A DNA stretch of 64,000 bases from Mustelus asterias. Its lineage: Eukaryota. The stretch spans positions 1 to 64,000 of the forward strand of contig NW_027591117.1 in assembly GCF_964213995.1 (NCBI RefSeq), in the 5' to 3' direction. Made by a program: the position numbers and the translations under genes. Below the pieces are notes generated by a model. It worked only from the letters and a program-made list of their open reading frames with translations, did no database searches and was not told the origin of the DNA. This document shows, piece after piece, positions 41,281 to 52,370 of the stretch; position 1 is the first letter of the stretch, and every line of letters starts with the position of its first letter.

Positions 41281-41824
41281 ATGTGCTCCTTACTTTGTTT
41301 GCTGATAATAATGGTCTTGCTGCCCGGTGAGTCAATAAACTCTGAAAAAGTGTCATCCTGACTTGAAACATTATCTCTGTTCGCCTCTCACAGATGTTGT
41401 CAGATCTACTGAAAATTTCGAGCATTTTCTTTTTTTGAGTCAATGTTTAAATGATCAGTGTCTGTCCCATGGGCTCTCTATCCCTCCCAGATATTGATTA
41501 CCTTCTGTGTTTTGTTACAGGGGCAAAGGCTGAATATTCAGTGTTTCAAGATCGATCTGAATTATCGGTTCTGGAAGGACAGAACATAACACTGGACTGT
41601 AAATACTCGACAGCTGCTTCTGAAACTATGTTCTGGTACATCCAGTATCCCGGGCAAGCTCTGAGATATTTGATGAAGATATATAGCTCGGGCAATACCG
41701 ATAAGTCTCCGGATTTCTCAGATAGATTCTCGGCTGCTTTACACAAAGGAAACAATACTGTTCCTTTAAATATCGCCAGAGCTGTTCTGTCCGACAGCGC
41801 CGTGTATTTCTGTGCCATGGAGCC
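41281..41824 (+). CDS. TCR alpha/delta V gene segment, intact
   Basis: Leader 41281-41326 MCSLLCLLIIMVLLP. V exon 41521-41824 ending YFCAMEP. RSS CACACTG-22-ACAAAAACC at 41825-41862. Confidence 0.93.
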
Positions 41825-43361
41825 CACACTGGTACAGATGTTGCGAACCCCGCACAAAAACCCCAGACTGGGAGTTCCGGTTAGTGATCAGCAGAGGGCG
41901 CTCCCACACTGATAAACAGAAATAATTATTTTGTCTCGACAGTGATAGTCACAGGGTCATAAACAAAATATCAAAACAAAACAACACGAACGGCTGAGCC
42001 ACAGTTGAATTTTTAACTTGCAACTATACTAAAAATACATTTACAGTTCCTTAACTCACGCTTCAACCTTTGATGACATTTTCTTGCCTGTGTGAATTAT
42101 TGTGCAGCAGTTTCCCCATCTTCACTCTCCTTTTCAAGGTCTCTTTGATCAAAGGGTCTATTTGATCAGAGTATTTTGCTGCCTAAAGGACAGCTTGTAT
42201 TGGCATATACATTTCGCAAGATTGTCATTGTGCTATTTAAAACAATCACTGAGAACAAGTTGCCATCAATGTTCATTCTCATTTTGAATGTCTGTCAAAT
42301 GTTTTCTGACACAATTCGCAACCCAGTGTTTCTCTGTTACAATAATCAGACCAGCGACTTCATTCCCACCCCTGGCCCTAACAATATAGTGATTTTCCTC
42401 ACAAGCACACTGAGAACCTCTCCAATCCAGCTACTCAGCTATTCGGTCCCACTTTCCATCTCCATCACTGATGAAGATTCCGCTTTGTATTGGATCATTT
42501 ACTAACCCTGACCTTCCTGGTGCGAGACTGCTGGTCCGCGCTATGGAATGAACATTCAGCTGCCGCTCCTACAGACAGGCAAATTTATATGATTTCCAAT
42601 GCGATAGTGTTATTGAGTTCAATTCCTTGCAGATAAATTCTACCTCTCACCACACTGCCTATGGCAGCCACACCCACAGCTTTCCTGTGTTGTTCTCACT
42701 CTGACCTGCCTCATCTGTGTTGTTTTATTAGAGATTTTATTGTAGATATTGAGCTTTGCTGCTTTTCCCTGTTTGGCACCGATTGGATCAGCAGTCCAAT
42801 GGGGTGGCAAGCTATACTTTCTCTCTGAAAGAGGATTTCACACGCGGCAAAGTTACAAATTGAGGGAAGATCGGATGGAAATATCACAGACTATTCATTA
42901 TTCTATCACTTGTAAAGTACAAGTTTCAACTAAAAATTCATCCTCCCCCGCACCGTAGCTGCTATCCCAAACATGATTGATAACAAACTGCTTGACATGT
43001 TACTGTAGGGATGAACATTGTCATTCTCCATGTCAGAACAGACCCATCAACACTCAGGGGACCGGTCGGTTCATGAAATAACTGTTGAAGAGGAAAATAA
43101 TCCCCTGTCGTGGGATGGCCAACTTCACTTTGTTCCTTCCGTCTCTCCGCCCATGGGGTGAATTGGAGATAAAGGAGCTGTGAGACCATTGGTTGAACTG
43201 CAGAACAAAGGAGCTTGAATCCGATTGGATGTCATCTGATGTTTTCAGCAGTGAACCAATCCACAGGGACCCGGGTGTGACTCCGCCTCTTTCAACTCTT
43301 GACTGAAACAATGACATCTCCCACCCGCTCTGGTCAGATCCGCCCCGAGCTCTCTGCAAAC

Positions 43362-43413
43362 ATGTCTCCTGTTACTCGGTATTTATTCCTCACAGCGGCA
43401 GCTCTGTTAACCG
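43362..43413 (+). pseudogene. Orphan V leader exon with promoter and partial intron
   Basis: MSPVTRYLFLTAAALLTG with GTAAT donor, paralogous to the 21207 leader. Homology stops at ~43705, before any V exon. Confidence 0.82.
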
Positions 43414-44561
43414 GTAATTTCACAAGTTGCTCAAGTCTGTGTTACACATTATTACCACACACTATATTCTGTCAGGCAGTTCCTTCAATGCGAGGGGAAG
43501 GGGGTCGGTGATGAGGGAACGGATTGATCACAACATCGAAAAGTTATCTGGATTTCGCTGGTCTCATCACTGAACACTGTTGGGATTGGGCACATTTCCC
43601 CCAGGGATTGATAGAGAATGAGTTGGGCTCAGATTCCAGCTCCTCTGATACCAGTGAATCACTTTGGCAAACATCACACTTCAAACAGACAGACCGTGAG
43701 CAGTTTTTTTGGTCAAACTGAAACACAGGCTAGTACAATATAGCAACAGGGCTGACTAACCCTTCAAACACCCAGAGCACGTGTAGACAAAATATTAGAC
43801 AAAATATAAAACTCCCTCCACATTGTCACACTAAAAACTTCCAGGGCAGGTACAGCACCGGTTAAGTAGAGAGTGAAACTCGTGAGCACAGATATTCCCT
43901 ATAACTCCAGCTGTCACCTGTGACAAGTTGAACTCAAGGTTCTGCAAGTTTTAGCGAAAGATGAGGTCTTGGTGCGGCGTCTGTGAAACAGCGACTCTCA
44001 ATGTTGTTAACATTGCTGCATGATATTGCAGGATTTTTGTGCAGCAGTTTATTGTGTGTTTTATTTCTTTGATGATACTACTGCATCTGATGCCTTTGTC
44101 ATTATTTTGATGTTGTTACATTTGACGTTTAGTATTGATATCTGCATTTGTCCCCGTTTCCGGACGCGTCTGCGCCATTAGAACAGGACCTGTTCTGTTG
44201 ATTAGATGGATGAATTTCCCTGTAATAAACTCATAAATCCAGAACTGACCAGTCTGGATTGTTCACTTCGAAAGAACGGAAGTCTTGGACGGTCGCTAAT
44301 AATCAAACACGTATACCAACGAAATTTAAATAAGCCAATGTATCAAGGAGTGTTTTTTATGTTTCTACTGAAGGTTAGTCTGCAAGTTTCATTGTGATAA
44401 ATAATAAAATATGTTTTAATTCCATTATGTTAATCGCAAGCAGAACGTTTTATATCGATATTGCTTGAATCATGCTCACATCTGAGGCATTTTGGTATTG
44501 TGTCCACAGTCCCCATGTCGAGTGTGTTTTTGTATAGGTTTCTGATCTCTGATTCACCGTG

Positions 44562-44730
44562 CCTCATTGCACTGTAATACACCGCAGAGTCTGACAGCTC
44601 AACCGAGTGAACAGTGAGAGTAGTGGAGCCTTTCTCACGGTCCACAGATACTTTAAACCTTCCCCCAGCTGTTTCATCTCTGAATGTGGATACGACATAC
44701 TCGGGAGCTTGATCGGTGGGTTGCCAGCAG
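44562..44730 (-). pseudogene. 5'-truncated V segment, paralog of the 48-kb V
   Basis: PTDQAPEYVVSTFRD...VELSDSAVYYSAMR. RSS CACGGTG-21-ACAAAAACA at 44561-44525. Confidence 0.85.
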
Positions 44731-44794
44731 TGCCGGATTCAGGCATAAGCTAAACTAAACAAGCTGAACAAGCTAAACAAGCTATAGCATAGGG

Positions 44795-45208
44795 CCTCAC
44801 AGTCTGGTACAGAGACACAAAATCAAGTTACAGAATACTGATTAGAATGCGAATCCCTACAGCCAGCCAAGTCTTAAAGATTCAGACAATGTGGGTGGAG
44901 GGATTTGTCTGCTAATTTTTTTTTAGTGCTAATTACCCATCCTGGGGGCTCTGCCTATTTCTGCATCTGCATTGTCTGCATCTTTAAGACCTGGCTGGCT
45001 GTAGGGATTCGCATTCTAATCAGTATTCTGTAACTTGATTTTGTGTCTCTGTGCCCTGTTTGAGAGCACATTTCCACTCCATCTGACGAAGGGGCAGCGC
45101 TCCGAAAGCTTGTGGTGTTTGCTACCAAATAAACCTGTTGGACTTTAACCTGGTGTTGTGAGACTTCTTACTGTGTTCACCCCAGTCCAACGCCGGCATC
45201 TCCACATC
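44795..45208 (+). mobile_element. Penelope-like terminal repeat with a short inverted arm
   Basis: 44805-44900 is the reverse complement of ~44975-45055; ends in aaataaacctgttggactttaacctggtgttg. Confidence 0.8.
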
Positions 45209-45488
45209 AGATTCTGTTCAATCAGGTTTGGAATGGGGTCATTGAGAACATTTTGGGGCTTGTTGATTTACATACCTCACCAAATATCTTCTTCCGAGAA
45301 TTCTGAGTTGGAATTGGTGAGACTGAATTTTATTATTTGAAGCCAATTGGATGTCATATGATGAGGTCGGCAGCAATGAACCAATCAATAGGGGCCCGGA
45401 TATGACTCAACTTCTTTCCAACTCTTGACGAAAACAATTCCAGCTTTCAACCCTTTCTGGTCACATCCACTGCGAGCTCTCTGCAAAC

Positions 45489-46382
45489 ATGTTTCCTGTT
45501 ACCCTATATTTATTCCTCGCAGCAGCAGCTCTTTTAACTGGTAAGTTCACAAGTTGCTCAACACTGTGTTTCACATGTTTCCCTCACACTATATTCTGTC
45601 GGGCAGTTCGTTCAGTGGAAGGGGGTGAGGGGAGACGATCGAAGGATTGGCTTGATCCCAACTTCGAATAGGATCTCGCTGATTTCAACACTGAACACTG
45701 TTTGATGGCAGTCGACACATTTCCCCTCAGGGAATGAGAGAGGACGAGTTAGGCCGAGATTCAAACTTCTCTGATAACAAAAAATGATTTGACAATCATT
45801 AGACTTTCAAACACACAGACACAGAGCAATTTCCCGTTCCAGTCACAGGGAATGAAGGCGAGGAACTAATCTCGTTAGAAAGTACAGGATGTTTATGCTG
45901 GAAGTTTTATTTCATCACCGCCAGCACCTTCCCGTTCCAGCCACTGAACTGTGAAAAATATGCTTCTGTTCAGCCGTCTGATTTCTCTCTGAGGTTATGT
46001 TCAGGATGACGAGCAAGTCCTGGGGGAAACAGAGTGCAGGCGCATTGTGTAATTTAATATTCCTTTGTGTTTTTACAGGGCATTGTCGAGGAGATTCTGT
46101 TTCACAGACACCTGCAGTCTCCGTCACTGAAGGAGTCAATGTAAGGTTGTTCTGTAATTATTCAACTACAAGTGCGAACACTCTATACTTGTTCTGGTAC
46201 CGTCAGTATCCCAGCGGATCCATGGAGTTCCTGCTGCAGGCAAACAAATACGGCGGAAACACAGGGGGATCCTCAGGGGACCGTTTTTCAGCGGAACTCA
46301 ATGATACAACCCGCACCGTCCCGCTGAAAGTGTCTAAAACAGAGCTGGCAGACTCCGGGGTGTATTACTGCGCTCTGAGACC
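45489..46382 (+). CDS. TCR alpha/delta V gene segment, intact; paralog of the 21-22 kb V
   Basis: Leader 45489-45540 MFPVTLYLFLAAAALLT. V exon 46079-46382 ending YYCALRP. RSS CACAGAG-23-ACAAAAACT at 46383-46421. Confidence 0.93.
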
Positions 46383-47673
46383 CACAGAGACACAGAGCTG
46401 GGCTGAACCTGTACAAAAACTGCCAGAGCCTCACTCAACATAACAGAGCGTTAGGCAAACATTGTGATCAGACTGAGTCTGAAATGAAACCTGAAATCCT
46501 GGTGATTTCTCAAACTATTAATTCCAAGATATGTTTTCTTATTAAAAATGTATTACCAAAACAAAGCAACGGGGTAGTTTACAGAATTAACATGAGAATA
46601 TTTGTACAGTTTGATGACCCAAACTGTTTCCCCATCTGTGCAGAAAACACCAGCAGACAATTTTGACTCAGCATGTCATGGCGTTCAGTAATATTGTAGG
46701 TACCATGTGCCAGGTACCATGCCCTGAGGCGGCGCTGGTAGACCAGAGATTTCCATTTGATTGCTCCATGAATATGCCTGGCAAAGTCCTGCAGTGGTTT
46801 CCATCACCTCCTGCAGTAAGGCTGGCCAGGGAACTCTCCTGTTCTTATCACTTGTCATTCGGCTTATTGGAAGAATTTACAAGCAGATCATCAACCTGTG
46901 TGACCGGATAATGTCTGTAGCCATAATGCCCTGAAGTGGGGATAGATCCCAGAGTTTCCGGTTCAGAACTTCCGTAATTCACACATCGGCTCTTGCGCTG
47001 CAGTTTGTGGTGGTGTCAAGACGCACAAATGTTTCCTGTAACTCCAGCTGTCACCTGTGACAGGGGGGACTGACGGTTCTGCAAGTTTTAGCGAAAGATG
47101 AGGTCTTGGGACGTCATCTGTGAAACAGCGATTCTCAATTGTGTTTATGTTGCTGCATCATATTGCAGGATTTTTATTGTTGCAGTTTATTATGTGTTTT
47201 ATTACTTTGATGTTATTGCTATTACATCTGCTGCCTTTATCATTTTGATTTTGCTACATTTGCTGTTTAGTGTTGATACAAATCATTTATCTCAGTTTTC
47301 TGACGCGCCTGCGCCATTAGCACAGCGCCTGTCCAGCTGTGTAGATGGATGAATTTTGCTTTAATAAACTCATAAATCCACAACTGATATGTTTGAATCG
47401 TTCATTTCGAACGAACGGACGTTTTGAAAGCTCGCTCATAATAAAACAATTGTGATAACCAAATTTCAATCAGCCAATGTATCAAAGAATGATTTACATG
47501 TTTCTTTTGAGTGTTAATCTGGAAGTTCAATGATTAGAAATAATAACATGCATTTTCAATTCCACCATATTACTCGGATCAAGAACATTTTCTGTCGATT
47601 TTACTTGCATCACACTCATTTCTAAAGTCAATGTGCTGTTGTGTCCTCTGTCCCCATGTCGAGTGAGTTATTG

Positions 47674-47930
47674 CTCCTTCCACTCATATTGCCTGTACCT
47701 TTAAGGCTTGATTAGCTGTAAAGACTCACATTCCAATCATTATTCATGTAAATTGAGTTTGTGTCTTTGTGCCCTGTTTGTGATCAGAACTCCCACCCAC
47801 CTGACGAAGGAACAGCCTGTTCCGAAAGCCAGTGGCTTTTGCTACCAAATAAACCTGTTGGACTTTAACTTGGTGTTGTAAGACTTCTTACTTTGTTTAC
47901 CCCAGTCCAACGCCGGCATCTCCACATCAT
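47674..47930 (+). mobile_element. Penelope-like terminal repeat with 13-bp target duplication
   Basis: gagtgagttattg at 47661-47673 and 47931-47943. Confidence 0.85.
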
Positions 47931-47974
47931 GAGTGAGTTATTGTACAGGCTCCTGATCTCTCTGTTTCACCGTG

Positions 47975-48255
47975 CCTCACGGCACTGTAATACACCGCAG
48001 CGTCTGACAACTCAACCGTGTTAACAGTGAGAGCAGTGGAGCCTTTCACACCGTCCACAGATACTGTAAACCTTCCCTCAACTTTTACATCTCTGAATGT
48101 GGATACGAGATACTCGGGAGGTTGATCGGTGAATTGCCGGTACCAGAACACAAAGTCATTTGCAGTGACAGTAACATTGTGGTGAAGGGAGACGGTCTGT
48201 CCCAGTTTTACCCGATTCACCGACATCTGAAATGTTTCCGAGTGACAAGGAACAT
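47975..48255 (-). other. Open TCR V exon lacking both canonical cysteines (ORF or pseudogene)
   Basis: Acceptor ttttgacag. VSLHHNV at the Cys23 position, FWYRQ, YYSAVR at the Cys104 position. RSS CACGGTG-23-ACAATAACT at 47974-47936. No convincing leader found. Confidence 0.8.
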
Positions 48256-48726
48256 CTGTCAAAATAAGAATACAATTAACATGAAGATACATACGGGGAT
48301 AAATAAAGTGCTTGCGTACATAGACGGAATTAACTAATCTATGCGTCTATCTATCCAAAGAACAAATCTACTTATTATAGATCTTTCTATCTTCCTTTTT
48401 TTCCATGTTTAGCCATCTTTCTGTTGCATTTCTATCCGCTGAGGTGTCTGAGAAGCAGTTATTTTTCCTGTTTGTTTCTTTACTCAGTGTGTGTGGAACA
48501 ACGAAACAAGAGAGTTTACTTAATATGTTTCCACACACTGCATCTGTACTGACAGTTATCGGATATTGCAACTCTATCCAGATGGAAGGTTAAAAATGGA
48601 AAATCGATACTTCTAATATCAGCGGCATTGCTAAAGGCACCAGTTTTGGGTAAATTTAAACGTGCAGCGGAGGCAGGGCAGTGAGCAGGATAGTGTTCAC
48701 CCGGATCCGCTCTGTATCTCACTGTG

Positions 48727-49151
48727 TCTGCTTCACGCACAGATACATTCCGGAGTCCTGGACCGAGGTGTCATCAATACAGATAGTTTTTGAACTCTTT
48801 ACTCGGTCAAAGGACAGTGTGTAACGTCCTTCGGTCGCACTTCCATCGTAAATGGAGGCGATCAGTGTCGGAGCCCATGTCAGTGTTTGTCTGAACCAGA
48901 GAACGGTAACGTCTGTAGCAACGGAGAGCCGACAATTCAGTTCAAACCGTTCCCTTTCCCGAGACACCATCTGCTCAGGGTGGGAGCTCTGAAACTCACA
49001 CTGAACGGCTGTGAACAGAAGAAAATCACTCACAAACCGCATGATGTGAAGAGAGTGTTGAAATAATGAATAATAGAAACATAAACCCACACAATATCAA
49101 CAGCATCAGAGTCCCAACTGGAAAGCGGTTTTTGCGGGTGTTCTTCTCCAT
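48727..49151 (-). CDS. Divergent TCR V gene segment, frame open
   Basis: Probable leader 49151-49091 with GTGGGT donor. V exon 49008-48727 LNCRL...LWFRQ...DSGMYLCVK. RSS CACAGTG-23-ACACTATCC (weak nonamer) at 48726-48688. Confidence 0.8.
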
Positions 49152-50078
49152 GTTGATGAAGAAGCACAGGAGGATCAGTCCGGGTCTCATTTCTAGACTG
49201 GGACTTGCTGCCGAGGCCTAGACTCTGAGTGGTGGAGAGGGGAAGGAGAGGCGGGAGCTTTACACTCTGATGAGCCACCGTGTCACCACTATTATGGGAT
49301 GTCGGTCTCTGACGTCACTTGCGGTGCCACTGAGTGATTGGCTGTTTCTCGAACCAGAGACCACTTGAACCGTCAGTGCCCCCGACCCCCTCTGCTTCCG
49401 GTGTGTAACAACAGAGTAAATTGTTTCATAACTGCGGTGCTCTGGTGTCTTTCTAAATGAAAAGAGCCGTTCATAATCTTAGAATCGTAGACAGTTGTAG
49501 CACTAACAGAGACCATTCGGCCCATTGCTCACGTACTGTCTCTGTTGATGGGTTCCCCACTTATTCTTTATCAGCAGCTTGCATTCGATGTATCTTATAT
49601 TCTTAAAATTTCCGTTTACTGGTCAAATATTTATCCACTTGTCTCCGCAAGTTACTTATAGATTCTGTCCCCATTACAGTTTGGCACGAACCATCTAGCA
49701 GCCGACTGCACAGAACACAAAAGTCTCCTCCCTCCGTTTAATAAAGATCACCAGAAATGCCGCTCTCCAGTCACGCACTGAGAGGCCAGCCGGGTTATCT
49801 CTGTTCCTTTTCAATCTTTTCCAACCTGTCTTGATTGGGGACAAGTCTGCCAACCACTTCTGGACAGAATTGCAGCTCCATTGAAAATGTCCCCAATTGC
49901 TCAAGTCTCCGCTGAGCATTGTGCTCTCTCTCTCTCATCCCCACTTCATCTTTCCCAGTCTGTCTTACACATTGTGTCTGAGATTAACGCTACACGGATC
50001 CAAGTGTTTGAACTGTGTCCTCAACAATGATGTGTATAAGGCTTACACATGTCCCCTTGTGTTCTGAAATCGGCGTCC

Positions 50079-50188
50079 TTGTTAATAGTGAGGGAGTTAG
50101 TGTTGGTAATGCCATTGTTAATAGTGAGGGAGTTAGTGTTGGTAATGCCATTGTTAATAGTGAGGGAGTTAGTGTTGGTAATGCCATT
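50079..50188 (+). repeat. 36-bp tandem repeat x3
   Basis: Unit ttgttaatagtgagggagttagtgttggtaatgcca. Confidence 0.92.
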
Positions 50189-50239
50189 GAATGTCAAGGG
50201 GCAATGGTTAAATCCTCTCATTTGAAGATGGTTACTGCA

Positions 50240-50560
50240 TGGGGCGACACGGTGGCGCAGTGGTTCGCACTGCTGCCTCACAGCGCCAGGGACCCGGGTT
50301 CAATTCCGGTCTCGGGTCGCAGTCTGTGTGGAGTTTGCACGTTCTCCCCTGTCTGTGTGGGTTTCCTTTGGCTGCTCCGGTTCCCTCTCATAGTATAAAA
50401 GTGTGCGGGTTAGGGTGATTGGCCGTGCTAAATTGCCCGTACGTATCAGGCGGTTTAGCACGATAAATATGTGGGGAGATGGAAGTAGGGCCTTTGTGGG
50501 CTTGTTGTCGGTGCCGACTCGATGGGCCAAATGGCCTCCATCTGCGCTGCAGGATTCGAT
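50240..50560 (+). mobile_element. HE1-like SINE
   Basis: A/B boxes and conserved core. Confidence 0.85.
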
Positions 50561-50953
50561 GAACGCATGTGGCGTGAATGTTGCTTGTCAGGCCAAGCCT
50601 GAATATTTTCCAGATTTTGCTGTATTTGGACACAGACCAATTATCTGATTTGAAACAATAGATTTTCAGCATAAAATTAACAACAATGCGGAAGATTTCC
50701 TCAACATAAAGCCCACACTCACTGAGTGACTGTTTCCTTCATCGGATAAGTTATGCTCTGACTGTCAATAAATCTGAGCAAAGCCGCTGGCAGATATTGG
50801 GGAATTACAAAGCCCCGGGCGACCCCGCTCGCATGCTCCATTTCCTGCTCTCTGACATATCTTGCCTCAGTCTGCTGTTTGTTTGATCGTTGCAGCAAAT
50901 GTACACAGGCGTGAGGTTTTTGTACGGTGACTCCCGTCTTTCCTCTCAGTGTG

Positions 50954-51370
50954 GGCTCTATCGCACAGTAATACAGAGCGGTATCCGCGCTCCCACTGTT
51001 TTCAATAATCAACTGGCCCCATTTGCTCGCAGTGGAAAGTTCCAATTCGAATCGCTCCTTTCTCTCTTTGCCATCCGAGAATCCGCTTATTATCCACTTC
51101 AGACCCTGACCGGGTTTTTGCCTGTACCAATCCATTCTGTAAAAGCTGGAAATGTCATAACTGCAGTTTATCTGCACCGAATCCCCGCCCTGGACTGTTC
51201 TCGCTGTGGGAGTTTGTGAAACTTGGTCCGAGCGACACCGATCTGTAAAAACATTCAGACAATGAGGCACTGGAACAAAATGAATATCAGTAAACAGTCT
51301 CTATAGGTTACAGAGTAAATTTCCTGCGCTTACAAATTGGTAGAACCATAATGACAAGGCACAGATACAT
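50954..51370 (-). CDS. TCR alpha/delta V gene segment, intact
   Basis: Leader 51370-51334 MYLCLVIMVLPI. V exon 51242-50954 DQVSQ...INCSY...DWYRQKPG...YYCAIEP. RSS CACACTG-23-ACAAAAACC at 50953-50915. Confidence 0.93.
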
Positions 51371-52024
51371 TTGCACCGTGTGAGACAGTAACAATGTCAA
51401 TAGGAAAACGGAGCACAGCTCACAGCAGAAGAGCGCGAAGTGAATCAACAACTTCAGTATTCCCCGAATGTAAGATGCACCAGATAACGTTTCAGACACT
51501 CGGGTTCTCTGCAATCTGATGGGCTGGAATCAGACTATGCTCTTCCGGTGTAAGGATGTGGTTTTTTGATCCGCTGCTGCTTCTCTTTCCGATCATGTGT
51601 GAACAAATCAATTTTCTATAAACCAGGGCCCTACTTTACTACAGTTACTTTAATTGATAAAAGTGTTCACTGCTTAATTGTTCAACAATGAAGTCGTTGA
51701 TTGCAATTTGAGGTAATTATTCATGTGAATTCTACCCAAGTGCAGTTCAAATGATCGTTTCAAATACAAGAAGCTCCTCCCGCTGCTCAGGCCTGGCTCC
51801 GTTATCCTCGGAAACTCTGCCTCGGGATTTCAATTGAAGCATCAACCATTTAGTTGATGGCCTGTACCTGGTTATGTTTTATTCTAGCTCAACATCCTCA
51901 CCCTGACAAGAGGAATATCCTGATTTTATTTAATATCCAAACATTTATTTAATATTCTGAATTGAACTTATCTGAAATACACAACATTGAATTGCAAACA
52001 CGACTGACCAACAAAAGAAATCGA

Positions 52025-52370
52025 GTTAAAAACAAAATACTGCGGAGGCTGCAATCTGAAACAAAAACAGAAAATCTCAGAAGGTCGGAGAGCATCTGTG
52101 GGAAGAGAACAGAGCAACATTTTCCAGTCTAGATGATCCTTCCTCAGAACGTACATCCTCCTCTCAGTCCCTGAAACTGTTTTTTTTCCGCGTGAAGTCA
52201 TTGTCCAATCCAAATTTGAAGGAGTTTCTGTGGAATCCGTGCACAGTTTGTCTTCGTCAACAACATTTATCTGACGAAGGGTCACCTAATAGACTCGAAA
52301 CGTTGGCTCTACTTTCTCCCCACAAATGCTGTCAGACCGGCTGAGGTTTTCCAGCAGTTTCTGCGTTTGT
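52025..52370. mobile_element. Short repeat family, two copies in inverted orientation
   Basis: Related copies at 15005-15142 (-) and 41340-41435 (+). Carries a CTGANGA..GAAA motif. Confidence 0.65.
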
